Shown piece by piece: positions 24,472-36,642 of a DNA stretch of 64,000 bases. This DNA is from Marsupella aquatica (lineage: Eukaryota; Plantae; Marchantiophyta). How positions within the stretch are numbered: the stretch's first letter is position 1; each line of letters opens with the position of its first letter. The notes under the pieces were generated by a model, which saw only the letters and a program-made list of their open reading frames with translations, was not told the origin of the DNA and did no database searches. A program made the position numbers and the translations under genes. The stretch spans positions 4,469,925 through 4,533,924 of the forward strand of contig OZ316896.1 of assembly GCA_973895155.1 (NCBI GenBank), written 5' to 3'.

Positions 24472-25703
24472 TCAGACTTGACTCTTGGGGCCTTCCAGCT
24501 CAATCTTGTAAACATGAGCATCAACATGCAAAGAGGAAGCCTCTCCACTTGATAGTTCCCCAGCTCGCTTCTGAGCCAACCCCTTCATGCCTCCCTTGTT
24601 GGAGTTGAAAGGAATCGGCTCCTCATTGTCCGGAAAGGAAATTTTCTTGTGGCCAACCTCACCAACGAATTTCACAAGGCCTTTATCAGTTGCTTTCTTG
24701 AGATCCTCACACTTCCTCAAATTTTCATGGTCTTTGCTATCGCACCACATGCACGGCCAACTCTGGTTTTTGTGCCTCTTCTTTAGAGCGTCCATTGCTT
24801 TTGTTTTTAGAACTTCAGCCAACTGGGTTGTCAAGATCTTCAAGTTTAGCATCAACTCCGAAAACTCATTCACATCAAGTTTGAAACTCTTTTCATTCAC
24901 ATCTTTCATATCCTTAACAGCCTTCGGGTTGGCCATGTTTAGTTCAAGAACTGTCGCTTCTTTGTCCAGCTCTAGCCTCCAATAATGACTGCTCACTCTT
25001 GCCACCGCTTTCTCCATTTGATCCCAATCATCTGACAAGTTAACCCTATTTGGTTCCATCATTTCATAACAATTCCCAATTCTTCCCGAAGATTCTCAAC
25101 CGCAGCTTTCAAGAAGAGAGTTGCATGATGAGTTTTGATTATTCCTACATCATGCTTTGAAAGTTGAGACACCTTCCATTTGAACTCCCTAAGCAACTCT
25201 TGAGGTCTCTTATGCTTCTTGTTTTGGTCAAGTACCCAATCCAGAAATGTAGCCTGAGTAACCCTATCAAGATCCTCAAATTGGAACTCCTCTTTCATTT
25301 TCTGATTAAAATCTTCCCAATTTTTGGCCACATGAGCAATGGTCTTCACTATTAACCTCAACTCTGGCTCCACTAGAAGCTTAAACTCCTTCACTGCCGT
25401 ATCCTCATCGAAGTGATGGATTGCAACTTGAGTAGAGTAAGCCTTAAGGTAACTGGTCACATTCCTCCCATCAAACTGACCTTTTTGCTGTAAAACCTCG
25501 CGGAGACAACAAGTCACCTTCTTTGATAGCTTATTTGCAGCTCTCGCTTCATCCTCTTTCATCTTCATAGTTTGCATCATTGCAAGGACAATGCGAACGA
25601 TCTTCTCAATATCCATATCATCCATCTCTCCTAGTTGCCCCAAGGTATCCCAACTGTGGTCACCAATGTCAGGAGGACTTAAAGTAGGGGCTTCCTTGGG
25701 CAA
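24472..25703 (-). pseudogene. Retrotransposon gag remnant (frameshifted) with zinc knuckle
   Basis: FDGRNVTSYL...WEDFNQKMKEEF; CMWCDSKDHENLRKC (CX2CX4H-type knuckle). Confidence 0.7.
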
Positions 25704-28700
25704 GCTACTTGCTTAAATTGGCTGCAATCAAGACACATTCATTGATCAGGTTACTGACAATGGGTGCTCTTGAGTAGGCCACTTGTGTAAGTCTGGTCGC
25801 TAGATCCTACAGCAGGCCACAGTTACCTCTCTCCCAACAATACAAAATCTCTTAAGTTGCTTTTGTAATAGTAATCAATTGAAAACCCCTTTGCTTAGAA
25901 CCAGCCAAGAAGCAAGCTTCCTTAATTCTCTCACAAAATTGCTACACAACCTATCAGGCCAACTTATTCTAACTAACTCAACTAATCTCCCTCTCAGATA
26001 AGCTATCACCAAAACACGCATCAATCCAAAGAGCCTCATTGACCTTCTTCAAACAGCCTTCCATCACCTAGAACAACCAGCAAAGAGCCCTTGGCCAACT
26101 GAGTCACTGGCACCCCTTAAGTAGTCCTTGAATAAGAATATTGTTGCCTGACATGTGTAGCCAAGGCAACCTCATCCAACCAGAAACCCTCAATGTCGGC
26201 TAGGACCAAGTCACTATTTGATCAAATCCTCTTTCTATCCAACAGTCACCTATCTAACTTAGCATATGTGACTGACCGACAATAGATCACCAGCCAGTAG
26301 ATCTCCAACAGTAAGTTTTGGGCCAAAATGTTTTGGCACCACACCGTGTCCACCTAACTAATAGTAAAGAGAGCCAAGTGAATACATGCTACCAAACTAC
26401 TACCTGCATGAACACCCATGAGCCAATCTTCAAATTAAATTGCATATTCATCTGCTTTTGAAGAAGTTCTGGCCCCATTTCTTTACTTTCCAGTTGGGGA
26501 TCATTTTGATGAGACACTTCAAGTCCTGGTGTCACATGCACTTCATGATTGATGACACATTACTCAGGATCTATCTTCCAGCCTTAATTAGTCAACCCTA
26601 TATGAGAGGGCTCTCTCAAGTGCTTCAGTTCCTCCAGATCATCCCTGAATTTGAAGAATGTACATGGCTTCTAACCATCTAGACCCTCTGTAGAAGTCAA
26701 GATACATGTTGCATCAATGGTTTTAGTTTCTATTATTGTTACTAGCATGATGCCAGGTGTTACACAATAATTGCACAAAAGCTATTAAGGTGAGGCAAAG
26801 AAATGCACATAAGACAACTGAAGGACGTTGAGGCATCCCTGGAGGCATCTTGTAAGTCATGGCGGCCCATGTGGTTTTCTGGACGTCATTGAGTGGTCAT
26901 GATTTTGGCGAGGTTTTTGGGTGTGCAAGTTTTGTGTGCAGGAATGAATTGGAAAATATAAGTCAACTATCACAATAAGACATAACTTGTAAGAAGCATA
27001 TACAAACATGAGAACAAGATAGTCATTTGCAAGGGATGCAAACCTTCATCATGCGCAAGGGGTCTACAAGGTGGGAATGAAAGAGGGTTAGTTGTTGTTC
27101 CAACCAATATGTCATCTATGCAAAAATTTCAAGATGAGGCAAATATAAAGTGATGATTGTCATTGCAACCACAGGGATGTTGGTGCAACAGTACCTGGAC
27201 TGAGGTGCATTGCACAAAAACATCAAGGTGGATTAAAGAATTGGAAGTGAGGCAAACAAGTTTGTGTTTTGACAGTGTCATCTGTGGATTCATGTTAGTG
27301 GTGGCAGATTTTAAGATAAAATTGGATAGCACCACGTCACATAGAACCAGTGTAGAACATACAACCAATATTGACACAGAGATATGTAGTTTACCCGGTT
27401 TAGGCTAAGTACGTTGATGGCCAAGAAAAATTATCACCATTCCCTACCACCACTCAGTGTACATTTGCCATTAAAAGCCTAGCAAGCCACATGTTGTGCG
27501 ATCTATGGTGGATCCTCCTTTCTCTCTCCAGATTTCAAGTCCTGAAGTACCTTTAGTCTGAACACAATGAAATGCTCCTCTAGACTATATGCTCTCTTCA
27601 CTAGACTACCCCCAACCCAGACCTCAACAACCCTTAACCATGGTTAAATTGTACTCTAATTAACCTAACCAGATGCTAGAGTTAGGTACCATGTTGTTGT
27701 ATAATTTATCATTTTGGTTTGTGTTGTCGTGAAAGTGTTACTGTTTGAGAGGATGAGTGTGAGGGTGTGGGGATGCAAGATGGGTGATTTGGCTACAACA
27801 TTGCAGAGTCAAAGCACTGATGTGGGTAGGCCATCATCCCTAGTGTTGCCCCATTTTTGTCTAGCTATATAGACATGCTTATGCGCGCACAAGCAAACTG
27901 ATGTACAATGTAAGCATCAGGAAAAGTATCTGTATTTATGAATCGACTAGGCAGCCCAATGCCCTGCCCAATTCCCATGCATCACACAAAAAATGTCAAG
28001 GTGATGCAAAGAAATGCAAGTGAGGCAAAGAATTTTGTTGAGGCATCTTATGTGTCCTTGACACAACTGAAGGGTGTGTCTTCGAGACAACGAAGTAACT
28101 GAGGCGCAAAAATGTCATCAAGGTAAGGAAGTAGTTGAGAAATGGAGTGTTGTGGTGGAAATGTAAACTTTTGAACCTAATGTCCATGCGTCGTACAGTT
28201 ATCATTGTGACTATGTTATTCTTGTGACCGGGTTGGTACAGACTATAGTCGTCTCACGATTGTCATTTCAATTAAGGGGACTCAATATTTGGGCTGCTGT
28301 GAAATATTGGCGTCTGCATTGTGGGTTGAACGACCGTGGCCCACGGCACTTGTATCCTTTGCCATTTTACAAGCCAAAGGACAATTACTGTAAAAATATG
28401 GAAGGCCCAAATATTGAGACCTTTTATTGAATTGTCATTGCAGAAGTTGTAATTCCAACTGTGTGGGTTGAATGATTGATTTGAAAGTATTATTGGCTGA
28501 ACTAAAGTTGAGCTTTGTGGTGGGGCCAGAAAATGGCTCCAATTTTTTTTCTGCGCATCCTATTTCTCCCTATATGATTCTGCAAGATGCATGGTACAAT
28601 AATACTAAGAGAGTGCATTTGCAACAGTTTAGCTTTTGTGACCAAACCTATTTGGTCACCGGCCTGCTTATTAACTTTTGTGACCAAACCTCTTTGGTCA

Positions 28701-30936
28701 CGGGCCTGGTTATTTTGGTTGCAAAAAGTGATCTTGTTGGGAAATGCAGAGGAACACAAGATGGGCCACGGCATAGTCGGGGTCCATGCCCTTCGCGCTT
28801 TCTTATTTGCTTTTGTTCCTCCTGTCTCTCCTGTCCTTGCGGGAGGGAGGCTGTGGGTGCATTGGGGCGGATAGGCAAGGACGGCACAGGCCGGCATTGC
28901 AGGTGAAGGCAGGGCATGGGCGAGGACATCGATGCACAGAATCCATGCACGAGCCAGGAGGGAGGGAGGCGGGCTGGTGGGCAGTGCAGGGACAGGTATC
29001 GGCCAATCGAGATACTCAAACCAGCGAATCTGTCTTGTGAAACTCTCAGTTCTGATTTCCCGGTGAGCCCAGGAGAAGGATTGAAATAAAATCTTTCTCC
29101 TGCTTTTCTGCGGAAGTGACCTTGTGCAGCGAACTCACAATGCTACCTTTTTCTGTCCGCTCTCTGTCACTCACTCTTTCTATGTGAAAAGCGTTGGCGA
29201 GTAAGGTGCACACATGAACGACGATCGGATTGACATTCGCTGACGGGAAAACGTTGTACAGGGGGAAGTAATAGGAGTGAATTTGGGATTGGCGTATAAT
29301 GTGTCCATTCGTGACCTGCTTTCACTAAGTGCCTCACATCACAAGGACGAAGTGTCGATAGGTCGTTCTTGCCTGAGGTGGCAGACATTTCGAGACAGTG
29401 AACAAGAAAGCTATTTAAACAGTCCATTGTAAAGAAATCGACATATCTGATGCCTGTTAGAACCCTCATGCCTATCACTCCACGTGTCGAGTTTGTGGGA
29501 TATCTGTTATCCTAGTTTACAATCACTACATCACAAGTCATAATTCCGTCTCTTCAATTGTGGATTATTTCTGCAATAGAAAATGATCTCTGCTAAAAAT
29601 CTCTATATTCTTTGCCCTCGGACTCCAAATCAATGTGGTCATTTCTGAGTCGATATCGCGAAAGTGGTCGAAACATGAACAAAGCATGATCGAATGTTTA
29701 AAGTCCAAAGGTCTATCCTGAATCTGCGCAGGAATGATCAGTTCCAGTGATGCCAATGAGGGGTCCTTCCTGTACCTGCAGCTCGCATCCATAGAAAGAG
29801 GTCTATGGTCCCAAATCTTTTGAAAGCTGTGATTGATCGAGGGACTTGCTAAAAAGGTACTTCGCTCAGGATTCAGTCGAAAAATGACTCTGCATTGACT
29901 GCGAGCTTACCATCACTGACCGCTCAATGCCCTCCTATCTCCATTCTCCATGTATATGCAGTGAGCACCTCGAATCTTTCAAATAGTCAGATTTCTGATT
30001 CCCGGACTATGTTGAGGTCTGCAGAGTCTCAGGCCTCACATTCTTTCAGCAGCTGTCGAGCATTCCGATAGTTTCTCACTTCCCGGCGAATTGACCGGGG
30101 AGAGTTTTGAAGCCCGAATTCAATCGGAAAAATTCGGAGAACTTTGGAGCATTGTTTTGCGAATGTTTAAGATCCGACTGGGCTCTTGAGCACTAGCATT
30201 GAGTGTCCTCTATTCTTTCGCGTAAAGTGGCTATTCGTTCAAACATTTGAATTTGTCAACCACTTTCAATGATTGAAAAAGTGTCTTAGTTCATTGAACG
30301 AAGTCAAAATAGTGTAATTCAGTTGTTTACAATCGATTGTGCACTCGGTCTTGACACAAGGGAGACCAACCTTTTTAAGGCATATGGAGGTTCAAGCCAA
30401 TATAATATTACTTGAGACTGAAGTCCCTGAGATCCAGTTGGGCAACATTCTCCAAATTTTATCCACTTCTCACATTTATAATTTGGAAGATAGAAGACGA
30501 CAAACAGGAAATGGAAATCCTGATGATCGGGGATCGAACGGTAATCAAAACATCACCTTGGTAACACTTTTCGTCTTGAAACATGAGAGTCCTAACGTGA
30601 CCACTGTCAGAGGCACGATAGAAGGCAAACTTCGACCTCGCGATATGATTCAAAGTACTAAAGAGGAATCACTATCAAACAAAGAGCTTTCAGATCGAAT
30701 CGAACCAGCTCCAGGAAAAGCACTAAAATGAAATGTACATCACACGAACAGCTTACCCATCTAATCCAATCAGCTCGCGTCAAGGGACGAGAACAAAATG
30801 CGTCTCTAACAAACAGCTTTCCGATCGAGTCGCATCAGCTCCGGCAAAGGCACTACAACGAAGTGACTACTAAACAAACACAGCTTTTCTATCGAGTCAA
30901 ATGAACACCAATCAAGGGATCAGACACAAACGGCTA

Positions 30937-31368
30937 TCACGCAAACAGCTTTTCCATCGAGTCAAAGAAGCTCCCGTATCCAGCAGTCGCCCTCTTGCAA
31001 TCCTCCTCGCTCAAGTTTCCACCCGTCTGCTTCATCGTCATTTCCGTTCCGCCTTCCACCTCAGCGAGAAGCACTGTGATCGTCTCCCGAGCCGGGATGT
31101 CGGGATTGTCGGTCATGGTTTTCACGAGCTTGGTCGGAGGATTCACCTCCACGTACTCCCCCACCCATGACTTGGAGGAGCCATCAGGAAGTACCATGAC
31201 GGCGCTCCAGCTGCCGCCTTCCCGTGCATCCATCTTGAGGGTGTCAAGCGGCACCGCAATTGCCTCGGTGCCAAACCAGACGGCGAAGCGCTCCGGCTTT
31301 ACCCACGCTTCAAAAACTTTCTCGCGCGGGGCTGCGAATTTGCGCGTGATAGTGATTCCGCCAGACAT
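30937..31368 (-). CDS. SRPBCC/AHSA1-like (CalC/Aha1) ligand-binding protein, intronless, bacterial-type
   Basis: ITITRKFAAPREKVFEAWVKPERFAVWFG...DAREGGSW...GEYVEVNPPTKLV...C-terminal helix GYGSFFDSMEKLF; GC-rich relative to its flanks. Confidence 0.85.
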   Translation of the reverse strand: MSGGITITRKFAAPREKVFEAWVKPERFAVWFGTEAIAVPLDTLKMDAREGGSWSAVMVLPDGSSKSWVGEYVEVNPPTKLVKTMTDNPDIPARETITVLLAEVEGGTEMTMKQTGGNLSEEDCKRATAGYGSFFDSMEKLFA

Positions 31369-33149
31369 TGTCTCTAGCTCCCTCTATTCGACCTAGGTGG
31401 CAGTTCACGGAGTTGGGTTAAGACTGCACAACCACCAACAATGCCACTTCTTTTGCCAGCCAAGTGGCATATGGATTTCCGAAAGCAATGCGATGCAAAT
31501 CAAATCGGATGCTTCCAAGTTTAGCGATGCAAATCAACTTGAATGCAAAGAGACGATCGCTGCATATCAACTGGGATGCAAAAGAGTCGATCAACTCCTT
31601 TATACAGTTGATGAATGCAAATCTTCTCGAAAGCTGCTGTAATGCTGTATGAGTTCGATCGCGGAAGCTTATACAGTTGACTAATGAATGCAAATCTTCT
31701 CGAAAGCTACTGTATCGGACCAGTTCGATCATTGCCGCCAATCATGGGAATTATATACTGTCTGGTTCGGGAGTCTTGTGCATTACGTTTCAGTTTCAAG
31801 GCTTCTGTGTCAAGTTTCAGTGGTTCGGGTTTCGAGGTCTGTCCAAATTCAAATCTTCAAATAATTCATTATTGTTTTCTTGCAAATCTCAAAGTGTCTA
31901 CCAGCTGTTTTTTAAGGGGCTAAAATTTGCTACATTTTGCCTCTCTAAAAAGTATTAGCCACTTTGGATTAAAAATTAGCTAGGTTTTCTGTCTTCCATT
32001 AGCTAGAAATTAAACCATGCATTAAATCTAAGTCAAGTTGATGTCCCCAGTTTTCTTAAAGCCCTAATTATACACTGCCTGTCCAAATCCCCAATGTATG
32101 CTGCCTGGTCTGGCCTGATTGACTTTGTTTTGTGTCTTGGCATTGACTTTGGGTTTGTATTCTGGCACCCTGTGCTTACTTTTGTCACCCTCAATCCATA
32201 AGTAGAAGCTTAAGTTGGTACCACTTGCAATGTGAAGGGTTAAGAGTTTTTACAAACTAATAAACAAATTTGAACTTAAATCACCACTACCTGTGACAAA
32301 ACCTGGATCACCATAACTTGTACCCTTTTCCTGAAATAGTGAAGCATATGAGGAGAGGAGCAGAATGCATGGAATGTGAAAAAGTGAGAAGTCTTGGACA
32401 CTCTTATATGGCTAGTGGAGGTTTAAGAGCAATTCATTGCCAAAGCAATAATTGCAACTCTTGCTTGGACTCCAGGGTCTCACTATATGGACACCCCCAT
32501 CATGTGTGACATTTCAAAGTCTTTTTTTGGTTTAAAACTATATCTGAACATCATGGCTAGTGTCCTTTCACCCAAAAAATTAAGTCTTCACTAAAAACAC
32601 ATAAAATGATCACCCGCAAAACTTGGTGTGAAACTCCACTGCATCTCGTGAAGAATCGAACCCAGTGCAGCAAAGATGCAAGACTTCTACTGCCATAGCA
32701 GATTTGTGTCCTCCGTGTTATGCACAAATTTCTTCTTCAACATTTGATACAAATTGCTTCAAACCCGTCAAGGTCTCTGTATTTGATTATTTTCATTTTG
32801 CGGTTGGTATTGTTCTCTCATCGAAGTAGTCATAGTGCAACTTATGGAGGAGCTTCTATTCACCTGGCTTGTGAATTGATTTTGACATCTCGATTGTTCT
32901 CTCATTGATTGAAGCCGGCATCGCACAACAGCTAGAGGAACTTGTTTTAAATTAACCTGTCCGCAATCTTACAAATGATCAAGAATAGTTCCTTTCTGGC
33001 CAGGATTTCCCATCACCACTGGTAATTCAATGATGAGGTGTCTGATCCAGGGACCTGATTGTTTGATTTTGATTGCTCGAGCTGTGATCGAAGCTGTCAT
33101 CTGCAACGGAGGAATCTTTTTTATCTATTCTCGGGTTGCATTGCAAACA

Positions 33150-35150
33150 AAAAGTGCAGCCAGTTATTAGCAGGTGAATAAGTTAGCAGGTAGCCTTGAT
33201 TAGTCTTGAGCAGATGGCAAAAGCGAGAGGCCAAGAGCTACATAAAAACTGGTGAAAATTGGCAAACTGTCTGCACAATTGTCTGGCCAGCTGGATTGGG
33301 CAACCTGTAAACGGATGTTTCCAAAGGAAATTGAATCAGCCGAGTTGGAAGATGGAGTGGGAAATTATTGGATGTGGTAAGTTTGATCTTGTTTTTTTGG
33401 TTTGAATCCAAAATGGGATACAAGGTATCCCAGTTGGGGTTCAACATTGCATTTTGAATGGTTGGAGATTGCTTCTACTTCTTTCTAAAGTTTGAATACT
33501 GAATCGGATACATGGATGTACCCCACCAAATTTGGGTAGGAGAGTGCCCAATTCTGGCACAATTGGGCTTATCATTCGCTTAAATTGTGACTTCACACTA
33601 GACAAAGCTATCTGGACTTCAGGGGACCACGACAGTGCAAAAACCAAAGGAGATCGTCGGGCGGGTCTAATTATATGGTAACATTGTTCTTGGCATTAAG
33701 AACAGCGGCCTATGTTTGGGTGGATCGGTTGGGTTTGCACTGAACCACTAGTCTGATCAAGCTACGGAAATGACATGAGACTTCTTCCCAGGCAACTGTG
33801 CTTAAGAGGTTTACTTGGAGAAACATTATAAGATGATGGAGCTCCAACAACACTCCAACCAGACCCCGAACTCTCCGAATCTGATGACAATAAAATCTCT
33901 AGTATAATTCTTTGCGAGACTGAAAGTTCCTTCATCAAATGAGATGGAATAAGTTTGCGGACAACATCTGGCAAAGCTGCATTGGAACTATAAATTGACT
34001 CCTTACTTGAAGACGCTGTCTAACCGTTAACAAAGTTGTGTAGGAGTTTAGGGTTTAGGCCAATTAAGAAAGTTCAGATCACCAAAATCTAAGAAAAGAA
34101 ATACTCATTAGGCAAGAACCTGAAATGAGTCAACAAAAGTGAAAAAAAATTAGATGCAAGCTTGTTCTTATATAGTTTTGGGGAAGGTGTCCATGACTGT
34201 GGCATTTGCTGATTGGTCCGTACCAATTTCTTACAGGGTTACAATTGGATGCGACTGGGGCTGTGATAAGCAATGACAGATCCAAAGTCATCTCTTTTTT
34301 TGGAGTTGGATCGACAAATGGGATCTGTGTTGGTATTCAAACCTCAAATATTGAGACTCGAGGTGCAGCGAGGGCAAATTTTGGTGGTTGAATACCTGAT
34401 GGGATTCACCCTACATTTTTATTGAGTTGTTTTTGGACTTGGGAAAACCAATGGGATCCCTGTATCCCATTTGGTATTCACACTGGGTTTCTAGTGAGTT
34501 GTTTTACGACTTGCAAAAAAATTTGGGATCCATGGATCTCTATTAATATTCCACCTATAAACCGTGAAATGGAGAGTGGCAAATCTTACTATAAAAGCGC
34601 CAACTGAGGTCTACTTTTAAGAACCTAGGTCTAGAGTGAAGTCTCTAGACCGTAACTCTATGGCCATCATGTGCATGGGAAAAACTGGTGTCATGGCTAT
34701 GATACTATGATGTATGTCAAATGGTGCATGCAAGTTTTTTGTGATAATTTTTAAGTATTTACATTCAAAAAATATGGGCACTTTGGCCCCACCTTAACAT
34801 ATGTGCATAGAAGGTGGATGTGTATACAAAAAGACTGATGTGCTCAAAAAGGAGAATGATATATTATATATGGTTATAAAAATGATGGGTTTTTTATCAT
34901 TTCATTAAGCCTTCAAAGAATATAAATAAAAAACATATTTTGATAATATTTTTATTGTTCTCTGGGTTTGTTCACGTTCAAAGAAGGGGTAGTTGGGGCT
35001 AGTGTGGAATAAAAGAGTTTGAATACGATATCAGATGCAGTATCCCATGTGGTATTCATGTGGCACTCCAGATTGAAATATGTTCAAAGATGTGTTACTT
35101 TGGGTTAACTTAGGTAATTGTGTAGATTGACTGTGGTTGACAATAAATAT
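33150..35150 (-). mobile_element. Inverted, internally deleted and decayed relative of the 10969-24117 element
   Basis: 33205-33380 matches the MTase-gene exon (EQMAK...LSGQLDWATCKRMFPKE, same donor site). 33520-34020 matches 12400-12950. Palindrome copies occur at ~33402, 34305, 34440 and 35018. 35095-35140 matches 11460-11510. Confidence 0.8.
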
Positions 35151-35344
35151 TGTGCGATGGATTATTTTACCCTTGGTAAATATTCAAAGCTAATTTTACA
35201 CCCCGATCTACTCTCATTGGCAGCCTCCAACTCATGATCTCATGTCCATACTCCCCGGTTTGACCTTGCCCGTCAAACTGGGCGTTTGAGAGCGGCAAAT
35301 TGACAACCCGGCACCCGGGTTCGGAAGCAGTCCGGGAAAGGAAA

Positions 35345-35790
35345 CGTCCGGTTCGGGGTTCGGGTTCGGGAGGAGGTTCGGGAGGAGGTTCGGGTGGGGG
35401 TCCGGGTGACTAATCGGGTCCGGGTCCGGGGCGGAGGCGCTCGGTGGGGGCTCGGGGTGGGGTCCGGGTGGGGTTCGGGTCCGCTCGGTGGGGGTTCGGG
35501 GTGGGGTCCGGGTGCGGCTCGGGTCCGGGAGGAGGAGGTGCGGGGGGTTCGGGTGGGGGTCCGGGTGGGGTTCGGGTCCGGGTCCGAGGGGTTCGGGTTC
35601 GGGAGGTACGGGGGGTTCGGGTGGGGTCCGGGCCCGGGGCGGAGGCGCTCGGTGGGGGTTCGGGGTGGGGTCCGGGTGGGGTTCGGGTCCGGGAGGCCGG
35701 GGTGGGTCCGGGTGGGGATCGGGGTTCGGGGTCCGGTTCGGGGTTCGGGGTCCGGTTCGGGGTTTGGAAGTTCGGGGTTCGGGATTGAGG
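35345..35790 (+). repeat. Left subterminal GGGTTCGGG/GGGTCCGGG array
   Basis: Dense short G-rich motif repeats. Confidence 0.9.
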
Positions 35791-36642
35791 CTCGGAGAAT
35801 TAGGGTTTTGCGATTTAGGGTTGGAGGATGGGGCCGGCCGGGAAAGGGTCGGGGGCTCGGGAGAGGATAAAAGGAGGAGATCCCTCCTCTCCCTCCTCAT
35901 TTTCGGTTTTGCAGAAAGGAGGAGAGGAGGAGAGGAGGAAGAGGAGGAGGAGGAGGTAAGTGTTTGGTTTTGGTTTTTATTTTTGATTTTTGGTTTGTTT
36001 TTATTTGTTTGTGTTTTGTTTTGTGATTTTTTAAGTTTTTTTTGTGTTTTAAACCTTAACCTTAGAGCCAAATGGAGGGATATAAAGAAACACTTGTACG
36101 CGCACGCTTTGAGCCTCGGTTCGGTTTGCGATACTCCGTACAAGAATTTCTTAATATCACCTTAACAATTTAGTCTCCTTTGTTCATTAAGTAAAACATT
36201 TGCGGAGATAGAGGAATCCATGTACGCATGCTTAGGGCTCGGTCTGCGATACTTTGCATGGATACCATGATTCGCCGAGAATGTTTTTACTTGAATTACA
36301 AATGAGTGTTAAGTTATAGACACCAAATCACATATGTCGAAGCAGGAATATAACAACTTTGAAAGAAAAGAACACTTTTGTGCGCATGCTTTGAGCGTCC
36401 ACTCGGTCTGCGATATTTCACAAGTGTTGTCTTTCTCTTTTATTGTTGTTATATAGAAAGGTAATTAAAATCATGTGTGCAATAAAAATACATAATGCAT
36501 GGGAGAAATAAACCGGGAAAAGATAATAACAATACGACTTGTAATTTTCAGGTTGGTCGTTGAATCCTTATTGGAAGGACTTTATTTAAATCCCGGTAAG
36601 ATCTTGTTCCTCCCTCACATATTCCTTTTGTGAAGGGAAATC

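Larger units (their letters stand above)
10450..26343 (-). mobile_element. Decayed Ty3/gypsy-like LTR element: LTR ~25784-26343, gag remnant, PPT at 24218-24228, second LTR (~10600-10968 + 24122-24217) split by the TIR element; homology continues into a second gag-side copy at ~10450-10600
   Basis: 10450-10968 and 24122-24217 align with 25675-26343 (ggacttaaagtag, ttgcttagaaccagccaag, attgttgcctgacatgtg, taggaccaag, tctatccaac, cctatctaactt). The minus strand reads gggggagaa|tgtagtg at 24217. Confidence 0.65.

Noticed and set aside
35232-36165. Pro-rich and Gly-rich ORFs (also 45964-46897)
   Set aside because: Artefacts of stop-free GC-rich subterminal repeats.
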